From Leucoraja ocellata (Eukaryota): a stretch of 64,000 nt of DNA. A program made the translations under genes and the position numbers. Below the pieces are notes generated by a model. It made no database searches. It was not told the DNA's origin and saw only the letters and a program-made list of their open reading frames with translations. Position 1 is the stretch's first letter, and each line of letters opens with the position of its first letter. The stretch is from NCBI GenBank assembly GCA_036785375.1, contig JAWMAR010001001.1:62001-126000 (forward strand), read 5' to 3'. Of the stretch, positions 50,385 to 62,627 are shown in pieces.

Positions 50385-52223
50385 CAGTGGTTCTCAACTT
50401 TTTTTTCAGTTCAAGATTCAAGATTCAATTTAATTGTCATTTGGACCCCTTGAGGTCCAAACGAAATGCCGTTTCTGCAGCCATACATTACAAACAAATA
50501 GACCAAAGACACAACATAATTTACATAAACATCCATCACATCGCTGTGATGGAAGGCCAATAAAACTTATCTCTCCACTGCACTCTCCCCCCCCCCCCCC
50601 CCCCCCCCCCCCGATGTCAGAGTCAAAGTCAAAGCCCCCGGCTGACGATGGCAATTGGCCCGCGGCCATTAAAGCCACGCCGGGTGGTGCGAGGTTGCAC
50701 ACCGTGTCTTGGTGTTAGAGCCCCCGGCGTGCGCTTGCAGAGTCCCGCGGCCATTCCAAGCCGCGCGGGGCGGTGCTGTAAGGCCCCGCTCCAGGAGCTC
50801 TTCGACCCCGCAACTCGGGCGGGAGAAGTCGCCGTTGCGAGAGCCCTGAAAAGCGGTCTCCCTCCAGGGACCCGCGGGCTCCCGGTGCCGCCGTCCGCCA
50901 GACCCGCAGTTGCAGCCTCCGAATCTCCGGAGGTCGGGCCGCAGCAGCAGCAGCGCTCCACCACCGCTCCACCCGCTCCGGACTCGGCCAGCTCCGCGAC
51001 GGTGAGGTGCGTCGTCGGCACCAGAGTCCCCGGTCTTCTCCTGTTGGAGGCCGCTCCTCGTTGCAGCCCCAACGACAACGGAGACCCGACAAGAAAAGGT
51101 CGGGTCTCCCGTGCAGGGAAAGTTACCCCCTCCCTCCCTCCCACCCCACCCCCACCCCCCCCACACACACACCCCAACAAAAAAAATAACAAAAACTATA
51201 TAGAAACATAGACAAAAAATAATAAAAACGCGGACGGGCTGCAGAGGCCGCTGCTGACAAGAGTCGCGCCACCTACCGGAACCCCCTGTGAAATATTTTT
51301 TCAGCCAAGTACCCCCTAACCAGCGCAAAGCATTTTTGGTTGAAAAAAAAAAGACTTAAAACAGAGCACTGTGCCATCAGTGTCTGATTTATTAAACTTT
51401 GGAACTGATAGACTCTAAACCATTGGTCCCGTCTCTCACTTTGCTGTTCTCCTGCCTGTCCTGTCCTGTCCACTAAATTTGCTTTATTTGACTACAATAC
51501 CTGCCCCTCAACTTCTCTGCTGCCTCATTTATGCATGGGACCCTCTGCCTCAAGAGTAGCGCTAGCAAATCTCCCTCCCAGAATATTTGTTCCCCTCCAG
51601 TTTAGATGTGACCGTGAGGGGGGAGAGGGGGGAGGGGGGGGGATAGATTGAGGAGTTAAGTCACAGGGAGACTGTCACATCGGCACTCAGAAACGATCTT
51701 GACCAGGTGACATAACAGTGGAAGAAAATTTTGGTTATAGTGAACACAACTCCATAAGTTTTTAGATTATTTAAAACGGGGAGAGGGCTGGACCTTGCGG
51801 GGAGGTACTGCATTGGGTTGCTGCCTGGCTTGCTGAGTCTTTCCAGTGACATACAGAAAGTACAGCAGTCGGGCCAAAGGAAATGCCGCTGAACGTTTCA
51901 ACCCCGGTGTGAGACACTCGGCGGTGACGCCTCCCCGGCGCTGAGTTTCCCGTGGTCCACTTGCAAGGTGAGCTGCAGCACGATGTGGGCGGATGTGGAG
52001 CGGAGCCTCAGTGAGCCCGGGCTGGCTGCGATGGCCGTGGAGGCGGAGGTGGCGGCGGGGGCAGCGCAGCGCCGGGGGGAGCTGGCGTACCGCTGAGCCG
52101 GCGGCCGGCAGCAAGAGAGGATGAACAGGAAGAGTGTAGGCCTATATTTTAAAATCTCACGTACCCCCTGGAGTGCCTTCACGTACCCCCAAGGGTACCC
52201 GTACCCCCATTTGAGAACCACTG
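50385..52223. mobile_element. Non-autonomous hAT (Charlie/Buster-type) transposon
   Basis: TIRs CAGTGGTTCTCAA / TTGAGAACCACTG; perfect 8-bp TSD GTTTAGAA (50377-50384, 52224-52231); subterminal GTACCCCC repeats. Confidence 0.93.
50410..51280 (-). mobile_element. GC-rich non-autonomous non-LTR element with a Rex1-type tail, nested in the hAT
   Basis: Minus 3' end GCATTTCGT-TTGGACC..GGTCCAA-ATGACAATTAAA-(TTGAATC)n resembles the Rex1 tail at 31588-31668; no RT homology seen. Confidence 0.7.
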
Positions 52224-52699
52224 GTTTAGAAAATAATTCTTGTTTAGAAAATAATCAACATTGATTTAGTTTCAGTGCTGGAGTGCCAGATATTGAACTA
52301 TATCATTATTTTTATTCCATATAACAAATTATTCTATCTTGTTGAATTAAATCTCCCATAGCTGTTTCCAATAAAAAGTAACCTTGGATTAGTTTAGATT
52401 GAGTAAATTGGGGAAAATTGTTTCCATTGCCAAAGATTAATAATTTTCAAACTTGGGGAAAAGATGCAAGCAGAACGTGAGAACAAACTTTTTATGCAGC
52501 AAGCTGTTGCGATCTGGAACTCAGTGCCTGGGGAGGTGGAATGATGGAAATAGAGTTTATCAGGGTTTTCAAAAGGGAATTGGATCAGCACTTGAAAGAG
52601 AATAACTTACAGCAACGCTGGGGAAGGATTGATGGACTAGGACTGACAAGATTGTTTTGACATGAACCAACATAGAGTTGATGGACAAAATAGCCTTAA

Positions 52700-53027
52700 T
52701 AAACAATAGACAATAAGTGCAGGAGTAGAATAAGGAGTACAACTGTAGAATAACCTCATTGCTCCTTGTTATGAAGGCCACCATGCCATTAGCTTTCTTC
52801 ACTGACTGGTGTACCTAAATGCTTATTTTCAGTGACTGATGAACAAGGACCCCCAGATCTCTTTGTACTTCCAATTTAAAAAAATTGACACCATTCAAAT
52901 AATAATAATCTGCCTTCCTGTTTTTGCCACCAAAATGGATAACCTCACATTTATCCACATTAAACTGCATCTGCCCATTCACCCAACCTGTCCAAGTCAC
53001 CCTGCATCCTCATAGCATCCTCCTCAG
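52700..53027 (-). mobile_element. CR1 fragment with internal deletion
   Basis: QMQFNVDKCEVIHFGGKNRKADY and KKANGMVAFITR frames joined to the CR1 tail. Confidence 0.88.
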
Positions 53028-53109
53028 GAGTTCTATGATTCTGCAAGAGTTCTATGATTCCGATTCTATAAACCAAAGAACTTTACAGCCAAAACAGAAT
53101 ATCTGAATT

Positions 53110-53345
53110 ATGGTTGGTGTTGCAATGTAGGAAGTAACCAGAAAAATGGACACATTGTGATCTCATAAACATCGTTGAAATACCTTATAGAATCACCAGT
53201 GTACTTAATGAGATAAATATTGGATAGGATGGAGACTGATGCATGTTCTTCTTCAATGGTGCCATAAAATCTTTTACTCCAGTTTGGAAGAAGATACAGG
53301 ATTTCACCTGAAAGATAGTGACCTCGAAATATGATTGCACAACAC
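53110..53345 (-). mobile_element. Degenerate Deu-domain SINE
   Basis: TGTTGCAATGTAGGAAG...GATAAATATTGG...TTCTTCAATGGTGCCATAAAATCTTTTAC...GAAAGA is collinear with 40880-41100 and the recalled DeuSINE consensus. Confidence 0.55.
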
Positions 53346-55898
53346 CTTATATCAACATGACAAAGATCTGTTTCCACACCATTGATCAATTTTGTCTACA
53401 TTTCTTGCGTTGTTAATAAGATGTGAACATTTATTAATTATTTTGCGCACCTTCATACTATCTTCTGAAATGTAACTTGCTCAAATAAAGCCAAAACGAG
53501 TGTAATCCCCAAAATCCATCCACAGATGGATTTTCCACCATGTTATGTGAATCACAATTGTTCATTCACAAAAAAAAACAACAGCCTTTAATAATGCCAT
53601 AGGTTCCAAACTGACTATTCTTTTATTTCAGAATCATCTTGCTTGCAGTCATGGCAGAGTGCAGCTCACTTTCTGAAAACAAAATTTGAGGAGAGTTACT
53701 CAATTGGAATGCCAGTCACTGGGATGGAGCAGGTTCCTTCTCAATATTTAATGTCTGGAAAAGCCAGAGGTAGAGATCGCATGTTCTTCAGATTAGAAAT
53801 GTACAAAACTAAACTGGAGAAGGAAATCTAAAACCTGCTCCCCCTATCATTAAATCTTAGATTTCAAGAAGCAGCTCTGAAAGGAACACACTGCAGTACA
53901 ACCAGCATTCTTACAGCTACTTGTAAAGTGTTAGCAAGGATTGAGTGCGTCAGAATGATGAGACGGGGGTTGAAGGGTCCTGCTCGGGGAAGGCTGGAAT
54001 GAAGGGGTGGAAGGTGAGGGCAGAGAAACTGTACAGCCTTCTGATGAATAATGTGTGCACAAGGCAGCCTTCTTGTACAAAGGGCAGGAGGAAGACAGGC
54101 AGACAGGTGTCTGTGTGATGACGTGCACTTTTAGAAAGCTTCCTGCATAGCCAAATGCTCTTTTTACTTGTGAATACAAAGGCTGTATTCACCAAAATGA
54201 AAGTGAAGAGCAATTCTTGACTTTTGCGATGCAGCAGTGAGCTGCACATATTCACATATCAACACAGACATGCTGCAAGAATCCTGAGAGTAAGGGTGAG
54301 TGTGCGAGTTTGTATTTGTAGTTTCCAGAAGTCACAAATAACTTCAAGTAGCCTTACTTGAACACAATAAACACAAGTGCCTGCATTGTTCTCTTCGTTC
54401 ATTTGCGGAATATCCCAGCATTTACATAAATGGATTGTCTTTACACTGGAATGTAACCATTTTTTGTACAGGTTATAAATCATCTTCTGGCTGCCTACAC
54501 AGCTGAAAGAAACACATTTTTGACACATAGGTTTGCAGAGTAACATCGTCAAGTTGAAAGAATACCTCTTCACCATCACTGCAAGTGGCATCAATAAGTG
54601 AAAATGGCTGGTTAATAATCAAAAGTGCCCAGGAGTACTGAGATCCGAGTCCTGATGCTTATTCTATGTGGCAGAATTTTTTTAATTATGAACCTCAATT
54701 GTTGAATAAGTCATCTGTGAACCGTGAGACTAAATGTGACTTCTCAATGTACTTAACAAATCAGTGATCTTTGAAAGAAGTGAAGATGCAAAGGGAGCAG
54801 GTAGCCATCATCTCGGGTCCTGTCTCACGTCGGTTTCCGGGAGACTTCCCAAGACAAATCATGAATTCTTATGCCTCTAACAGGCATAAATGCAGCACAA
54901 TTGTAGATGATACTTAAAGGAAAATATCTTGCTGAAATCACGGCAATTGGTACCTCCTACTTTTAATGCGTGAACAGCAGAAAACAATTTATTTAAGCTT
55001 CTGCAAGCTCTAACAACATGACACCCAAAATAGTATGAAAATGAATGAAAGTCCAGTAGATTGTATTTCCAATAGCAACCTGAAAGTAATCGGGACTAAA
55101 ACATTCCATTAAATATTCACTGAGGAAAATATTCCCCTTGCGTTGCCTGTAAAACTGAAAAATTCTATTAAAATCAATAATAATTCTCTACTGCCATATA
55201 AATTATGTTTCAGCTATTGTGACATGCAATCAAGATGTAGATTGCTTGGGGAATCTTGTTTCCCCTCACCTTGCAATTCTTTGCATTAAAATATAGCTCA
55301 GTACAACAATCTTGTAACATCATCAACAAGTTCATTAATTGGAAATTCCTACTTGAAATCTCAGTAACAACCTCCTCATCAAATTTTCCAGCAATGACCA
55401 ACTGCTTCTGGAGTTTACTTTATGTAATGTGAATCTTACCCACTTAAGACATAGGCACAAAGGTCCAACTTAAACTGCAGGGTGAACCTCAAATATGGTG
55501 GGTGAATTGCAAAGCAGTAACAATTACTTATTTTTAGCAATAATTCGCAAAAAGTCAATCAATATCTTCAGTTCTCAGTGGGGAGGTGTGCTACTGAAAA
55601 ATATTTTATTCCTGATAGAAATGGTGCCGTCTTGCGACCCCTATTGGAACTAGCTGCTGGTCTTCTTAGTTGTCAACCATCATTCTTTAGCAAGGGCCGT
55701 GAATATGGGGCAGAATTTGACACTGATGATACTTCTGAACCTTTTGAATGTTGTAGTCGGCAGGGCAGTACTCTGCATATCGCCAACTTGGACAATTTTA
55801 CATTTTTATCAAGCCAATTAACCTACAAACCTGTATGTCTTTGGAGTGTGGGAGGAAACCGAAGATCTCGGAGAAAACTTCCTCCCCAACATGAGCTA

Positions 55899-57485
55899 AA
55901 GGTCACACAGAAAAGCTGGAGAAACTCAGCGGGTGCAGCAGCATCTATGGAGCGAAGGAAATAGGCAACGTTTCGGGCCGAAACCCTTCTTCAGACTGAT
56001 CAGAGGTGGGGGTGGGTGGGGACAAGAAAGGGAAAAGGAGGAGTAGCCGGAAGGCTGGAGGGTGGGAGGAGACAGCAGGGGAGCTGAGGAAGGGGAGGAG
56101 ACAGCAAGGACTAACAGAATTGGGAGAAGTCGATGTTCATGCCCCCGGGGTGCAGACTCCCCAAACGGAATATGAGGTGCTGTTCCTCCAATTTCCGGTG
56201 CTGCTCGCTGTGGCCATGGAGGAGACCCAGGACAGAGAGGTCGGAGGCGGAGTGGGAGGGGGAGTTGAAGTGCTGAGCCACCGGGAGGTCAGCTAGGTTA
56301 TTGCGGACCGAGCGGAGGTGTTCGGCGAAACGATCGCCCAACCTCCGCTTGGTCTCACCGATATAGATCTGCTGACATCTAGAACAGCGGACGCAATAGA
56401 TGAGGTTGGAAGAGATGCAGGTAAACCTCTGTCGCACCTGGAACGATTGCTTGGGTCCCTGAACGGAGTTGAGGGGGGAGGTAAAGGGACAAGTGTTGCA
56501 TCTCCTGCGGCCGCAAGGGAAAGTGCCCGGGGAGGGGGTGGACCGAGAGGGAAGGGAAGAATTGACAAGGGAGTTATGGAGGGAGCGGTCTTTGCGGAAG
56601 GCAGATATGGGGGGAGATGGGAAGATGTGGCTAGTAGTGGGGTCACGTTGGAGGTGGCGAAACTGACGGAGGATTATTTTTTGTATGTGATGGCTGGTGG
56701 GGTGAAAGGTGAGGACTAGGGGGACTCGGCCCTTGTTGCGAGTGCGGGGATGGGGAGAGAGAGCAGTGTTGCGGGGTATGGAAGAGACCCTGGTGCGAGC
56801 CTCATTTATGGTGGAGGAGGGGAACCCCCGTTCCCTGAATAGTGAGGACATTTCAGATGTCCTGGTGTGGAACGCCTCATCCGTGGAGCAGATGCGGCGT
56901 AGACGGAGGAATTGGGAGTAGGGGATGGAGTCCTTACAGGGTGGGAAGAAGTGTAGTCCAGATAGCCATGGGAGTCAGTGGGTTTATAGTGTATGTCGGT
57001 TAGAAGTCTATCACCTGCAATGGAGATAGTGAGGTCAAGGAATGGTAGGGAAGTGTCGGAGATGGTCCAGGTGTATTTCAGTGCCGGGTGGAAATTAGTG
57101 GTGAAGTGGATGAAGTCAGTCAGTTGTGTGCGGGTGCAGGAGGTGGCACCAAAGCAGTCGTCGATGTAGCGGAGGTAGAGGTTGGGGATGGGGCCCTGGT
57201 ATGTATTGAACAAGGATTGCTCGACGTAACCTACAAATAGGCAGGCATAGCTGGGGCCCATGCGTGTGCCCATAGCTACGCCTTGTATTTGGAGGAAGTG
57301 GGAGGAGTCGAACTCGAAGTTATTGAGGGTAAGGACCAGCTCCGCTAGGCGGAGGAGAGTGTCAGTGGCTGGGTATGGGTTGCTTCTCTGGTCGAGGAAG
57401 AACCGGAGGGCTGTGAGACCATCGTGGTGGGGGATGGAGGTGTATAGTGATTGGACGTCCATGGTGAAGATGAGGGGGTGAGGGC
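55899..57485 (-). mobile_element. Penelope-like element, 5'-truncated (RT C-terminal part + GIY-YIG + 3' end)
   Basis: MDVQSLYTSIP, GVAMGTRMGP, YLRYIDD, LPFLDL, then a frameshift to NLIYCVRC...IYIGETKR; hammerhead-like core near 55965-55996. Confidence 0.96.
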
Positions 57486-58522
57486 CTCATCAGTTAAAGG
57501 TCCCCTGATACCATCCAGAGCCAACTGCCCTCAGTGCAATTCAGAGCCTGAATAACCAAAGCCTCTGTTAACAGACCCATGAGGACACCATTTCACCTAT
57601 TCTCTGACAGAGGCCCACACACATTAATCTCTTTAATCATTTCTTTCTTATCTTTGTGGAGTGTAAAAAGGGAGAGATAGAAAAAAAGAATGTGTCAGTG
57701 TGAGGGGATGAATGGGCTGACATTTGATGCTAACAACCTCAGCTGTACAGTAGATTTGTAATGAAGACCTAATGCTGTAGAATCACAAATTTTGTAATAT
57801 CACTATTTAGGTAAGGCTTTAATGAGCACATTCTGACTATAGCCTTATCCAATACAGGGATTTTAATACTATTAGTATGCCATTTAAATTGCACTCTGTA
57901 CAAATCAACAACAAAGAAAGAATGATCTACCTTTGGGAGTTAGGTTGCAATAACTTTTCCCTGGACAACTATAGTTTGATGCATTTAATTACTTTAAATC
58001 ATTCATCCTTCAAAGATTACAACGTACGTTTGGAATTACTTCCCTTCAATGCCTTGAGCAATGATTTATCAATATTTCTCAAGCATTATCACTTGTCTGG
58101 GCCTGGAGGCCATGGAACTTGTGATCATTACGAGAATGTTATATTAACAAGTGAAAAAATTCTATGACCTTCACATACCTACTTCAATCACGATAGTGAA
58201 AAATAACAAGGAAGTGCTTTCAACAGCTTCAAATTGATTATGGTAGGGTTTGCTGCTGTGAAATACCTTTCAAAAATTCTTTGAGACAACAATAGAAAAT
58301 CTATATCCTAATCGCTTAGCTTAATTCTGCTTTAAAATTCTAAATCCAAAATACAACTAAAAAGTTGTTTTATAAGTCTTCAATAAAACCTAATGCTGGA
58401 AATACAAAATAAATTATGAAGTATCAGTGTAGGATGTATCATCATTTTAGGGTGAAGCTTTATAGCTAATTTTAAATACAAAGGTGAAATTAAAAAGAAA
58501 GTTTAAATCTGTTTCTTAAAGA

Positions 58523-58675
58523 TAGGGCTCTTAAAGATAGAGTAGTCAGGGGATATGGGGAGAAGGCAGGAACAGGGTACTGATTGGGGATGATCAGCCA
58601 TGATCACATTGAATGGCGGTGCTGGCTCGAGGGCCGAATGGCCTGCTCCTGTACTTATTGTCTATTGTCTATTTT
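58523..58675 (+). mobile_element. CR1 3' end fragment
   Basis: Matches 4310-4450; ends TATTGTCTATTGTCTAT. Confidence 0.9.
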
Positions 58676-59236
58676 CTATTCTAATGGGCATGCTTTCAGG
58701 TGACAAATCTGTCAATTATCTTATTTAAGGAGCCTGCATGTCTCTATTTAACAATTTTATCCTTCACCAAAGGTTTGGGATCTCAGCCAAAAAAAGGGAA
58801 TGTGCATGAGTTCAGTAGACATAAAGCACGGCCAAGAGAAAGATTATTTCCCTGCAGGTCCAATAAGATTATCGACATTGCTCCTTCGCAGAAGTCTCTG
58901 GCTCGCACATCACTGTGATCTTCGATCGTCCACCCCATTGCTCCAACTAACGGTATGCAAGTTCTGCACCACCGAAGCCCATGAATGGTTCTGCAATTAT
59001 AAATTCTGATTTAGACAACAGCCAAGAAATTGTAGTGTGGTAAAAGTGTCATTGCACAAAGGCGTGGTGGGTTGTGTGGGTTGACGGTGACAGCATTAGA
59101 CTCATTTGAGGTCATTAGGGCCAATGCATCATGTGCAATAAAACAGACCTTGAATATCAAGCACCATTTACACTAACCCTGCACCTCATAGATAAATTGA
59201 GCTTGGAACTCATCATTGACAATGAGTGGAACGTAT

Positions 59237-59289
59237 GGGTGGGAGATTGCAACCTTCACGTGGTCCGCTCTGTTTCGACGAATGCAATC
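59237..59289 (+). ncRNA. Candidate HDV-like self-cleaving ribozyme (minimal P4)
   Basis: P1 GGGTGG/CCGCTC, P2 GATTGCA/TGCAATC, P3 ACC/GGT, L3 TTCACGT and J4/2 CGAA in canonical nested order. Confidence 0.65.
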
Positions 59290-59367
59290 AACCCGGTGTG
59301 CACAATCAAATAAAACAAGTTGTTCTACAACTTTAGGCTGTGCACGCCATACACAAGAAGAAAAAGA
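59237..59367 (+). mobile_element. 131-bp non-autonomous Vingi/Ingi-type retroposon
   Basis: 12-bp TSD AGTGGAA(C/T)GTAT (59225-59236, 59368-59379); tail CATACACAAGAAGAAAAAG resembles the tail at 30205-30223. Confidence 0.8.
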
Positions 59368-60267
59368 AGTGGAATGTATAGATTGGCATCAAAGGAAGAT
59401 GGGCCAAAATGACCCATTACTGTGCTGTATAATTCTATGATTCTCTGAAAATGTTGAAGAAGAAACTCAAGAGTTCTTGACTTCCTGGTAGCAGTTCAGG
59501 TGAGGTCTAAACACCATCCATGCAGAGCTCAGCCTTCCAGTTCAATTCTGCTTCAGTTGCAAGGTATTTTGTGTAGTCTATATTGAAACGTGGGTAGCTG
59601 AGGTAAGGGGTTATGAGGAGGTCTTGTAGAAGGTGGGGGCACATCTGCTCCTCCTGGCTCCACAGGAAATGTTTTAGCACCTGTTTAAAAGTGCCAAAGG
59701 AGGGGATTTGGAGCCAGGTCCATTCACACATATCCTTACACTTCAAATCTGTGCTCCTGGATCTAAGTAAAATGTGAATTCCCATTTCCGTATGCAAAGG
59801 ACCTTTTCACAGATGTCTGAAAAATGTCTCAAAGAAATACTTTAGCCAAAAGATACCTGCACTCATTTTACACTGCAACACAAATGCAAAAAAGGTTTAA
59901 ATTCTCCCCCTTGCAGGGTAGAATTCAAATGATCAATTATTTAAATGGTTAAACTTCAGAGACAGATTACTGTTCTTTTCACAGCTGTTCACAATATGAC
60001 AACACCAGCACAGTTTATCCAGTAAGTAAGACGGCAGACATAAATGAAATAACATTACCTTCAGAGTGGATAGGATTTCACATGATCACCATTGTGAATT
60101 TTCTACAATCTCCTGTGATAAGGAAAAGTTACTGGGAACAACTAAAAAAATATTTATGCTTTCATGGCATGCCAAACTAACTCAGCTCTGTGAGTAAATG
60201 TCACAATTCAGGTCAGCAGTCTGGTGTATGTAAAATACACCAGCATGTAAAATATATCTCAATACAA

Positions 60268-61390
60268 TTCTTCTCCTTAGGCAGTCCCTTGGGATTAAAG
60301 ACGACTTATTCCATTCCTGTTTTTGAGTGTTCTACAGTGGCTAATGACGTCAATGTAGGAACCACGGACTCTTCTACAGATGGGTCAGGTGTTAACTGAT
60401 GGTGAAGGTGGGTGGGCAATTTATGAGGGGATCAGCTGTTCCACTGGGTTCCCCAAGCAAGGTGTCATAGTTCTCAATAATGTCTTAAAAGCTCCTATTC
60501 CACTTTGACTGATTCCCAAGTGTCAGTGGTGTTTGAACCTTTTTTGAACCTTTCATTCTTTCCACCAGGTAATCTGTTCCCAGGACAGCATCCAAAAGAG
60601 AATGGTGTTTCGTGAGTCTGCTGTCAAGCTTGCAAACAATGTGACTTGAACAACATAGCCAACCAAATAAAACACAAAGTGCTGGAGTAACTCAGCAGGT
60701 TAGCAGGATTTCTGGAGGACGTGGCGAGGCGATGTTTCGGCTCGGGACCCTCTTCAGGCTGGGGCAGAATTATTCAGCAAATTGCGGGTGGATGTAGGTG
60801 AGAGGGTTTTTGGATAAGTAGATAGTTGAACACATGCCAGAGATGAGAAGGCTAAAGGTGTGAGTTAAGGATATTGGTTTGGTTAGCTATTGGTGTGGCA
60901 TGGTTATCTAGAAGGATTTTCACACGCCCCATTTATCCAATGCCTTGCCGTGTCTGCTGCAAGTAATTCAGAGCTCAGAAGTATATATGAGGGCAGAGAC
61001 CTGGGCTTCCTACAGCAGGCATTTCAAGGTACTGAGAAATTATTCTTAGGCCCCCTTCGGTCATGGCTGACCATGGGTGTCTCCAGGGTTGGAGCACACC
61101 AGCGTGTGACTGGTGCACAGACAGCCACCACATGGACCTTGGAGACCCTTTTCTGCTGCAGCCTTCATCCGCCTTCCCAGCCATTGTGACGCTCCACTAA
61201 GGTCAGCTATCATCCTCAGCTTGTTCCACCGTTGAGGTCTTGGTTGGATTGCTCTTTGTCAGAGTCCTCCCCCTCAACCTTACCGTCATGGGTGGCCCTA
61301 CCAGGAGCATAGCTCCAGACGGCATCGCTCTCAGGATCTCAGGACAACACAAGCTTCTCTGCCACAACAAGGTGACAATCCACAGATTAT
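60268..61390 (-). mobile_element. RTE-clade (Expander/Rex3-like) element, internally deleted, with a Penelope-end insertion at about 60670-60880
   Basis: Minus-strand 5' UTR GTCACCTTGTTGTGG...GATCCTGAGAGCGATGCCGTCTGGAGCTATGCTCCTGGTAGGGCCACCCATG resembles the recalled RTE 5' UTR; putative 3' end ...GACTGCCTAAGGAGAAGAA. Confidence 0.65.
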
Positions 61391-61398
61391 TGAGAAAT
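61246..61398 (-). ncRNA. Candidate HDV-like ribozyme at the RTE 5' end
   Basis: P2 GGATTGT/GCAATCC, P3-L3 ACC-TTGTTGT-GGC, long P4, J4/2 GACAAAGA; P1 weak. Confidence 0.5.
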
Positions 61399-61714
61399 TA
61401 TAATTATACAACTATAACCGCTATGAAGTTGGAATGAACTACTAGTCAGTTTGTCAAGGCGTTATCTAGCACTGCGTTTACAAGCATCGATAAATAATAA
61501 ATTACAGTAAATTATTCAACAAAATGCTCTTCATCCACACAACCACAACAATCTGAGGTACAGGCATGAAGATCTCAAATAATATATATTTCAAAATAAA
61601 ATCTTTGTACCAGAAGTGGACAATTGTAATGCATAAATGTAATTTCATACAGGTGACATAATGCTTGTCAGAATCCATTGTGACTCAAGGGCAGGAAATA
61701 TGAAAGGAAAATAT

Positions 61715-62087
61715 GAGGGAGGATCTTATAGAAACTTACAAAATTCTTAAGACGTTGGACAGGCTAGATGCAGGAAGATTGTTCCCGATGTTGGGGATTA
61801 AGGATAAAGGGGAAATCTTTTAGGACCGAGATGAGAAAAACATTTTTCACACAGAGAGTGGTAAATCTCTGGAATTCTCTGCCACAGAAGGTAGTTGAGG
61901 CCCGTTCATTGGCTATATTTAAGAGGGAGTTAGATGTGGCCCTTGTGGCTAAAGGGGTCAGGGGGTATGGAGAGAAGGCAGGTACAGGATACTGAGTTGA
62001 ATGATCAGCCTTGATCATATTGAATGGTGGTGTAGGCTCGAAGGGCCAAATGGCCTACTCCTGCACCTATTTTCTATGTTTCTATGA
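61715..62087 (+). mobile_element. CR1 3' fragment
   Basis: FFTQRVVNLWNSLPQKVVEA...GYGEKAGTGY frame and tail. Confidence 0.92.
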
Positions 62088-62627
62088 AAACTGTTATTTT
62101 TAAATCTGAAAAAGCATCACCATGTAAATGACAAAATCCTCCCCCATTTACTACCCATATTTTCCACAGTTGAAAGAGATAGGAAACAAATGTAGATCAA
62201 AAATATGGGAACTCCTTTCTGATATTGTCTCCACTGCAAGATTCTGCTAAAAAAAAATCCAATGATGTGTTTTGGAAACATTGTTTCTAGGCTTCTTTAA
62301 ACTATCTATACAAGACCAACTGAATGCCTATAATCTAGGAATCAAATGGATTGTACTGCATCTCATAAATTGGATGGAAATGTGAAGTTGTTCCTATTTG
62401 TATCTCGTTAAAAAACAACCCACATTCATATTAATCCAGATCATGTTGCAAGTGAGGTGAATGAGGTAACTGGTAGCATTTTATACTTGCGTTTGGCATC
62501 AACTGTACGATAGCCAACTTGATCAGGACCAACATAATCCATTCTCATCCAAGAATATAAATTGGAGGGGACACAAGAGACTAAAGATGCTTGAATCTGG
62601 ACCAAAAATTCAAACTGGTGTTCAAAC

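Noticed and set aside
50629-52221. Long overlapping GC-rich ORFs (up to 219 aa) as genes or a CpG-island promoter
   Set aside because: Low-complexity Ala/Arg/Pro/Gly translations in several frames on both strands, wholly inside a TSD-bounded hAT element and its nested retroposon
53108-53389. Minus-strand ORF/exon (GEILYLLPNWSKRFYG...) with plausible splice sites
   Set aside because: The sequence is collinear with Deu-domain SINE copies and has no recognisable protein homology
56318-56921. Plus-strand ORFs antisense to Penelope (likewise the minus-strand ORFs at 31888-32553)
   Set aside because: Shadow frames of the C-rich Penelope coding strand
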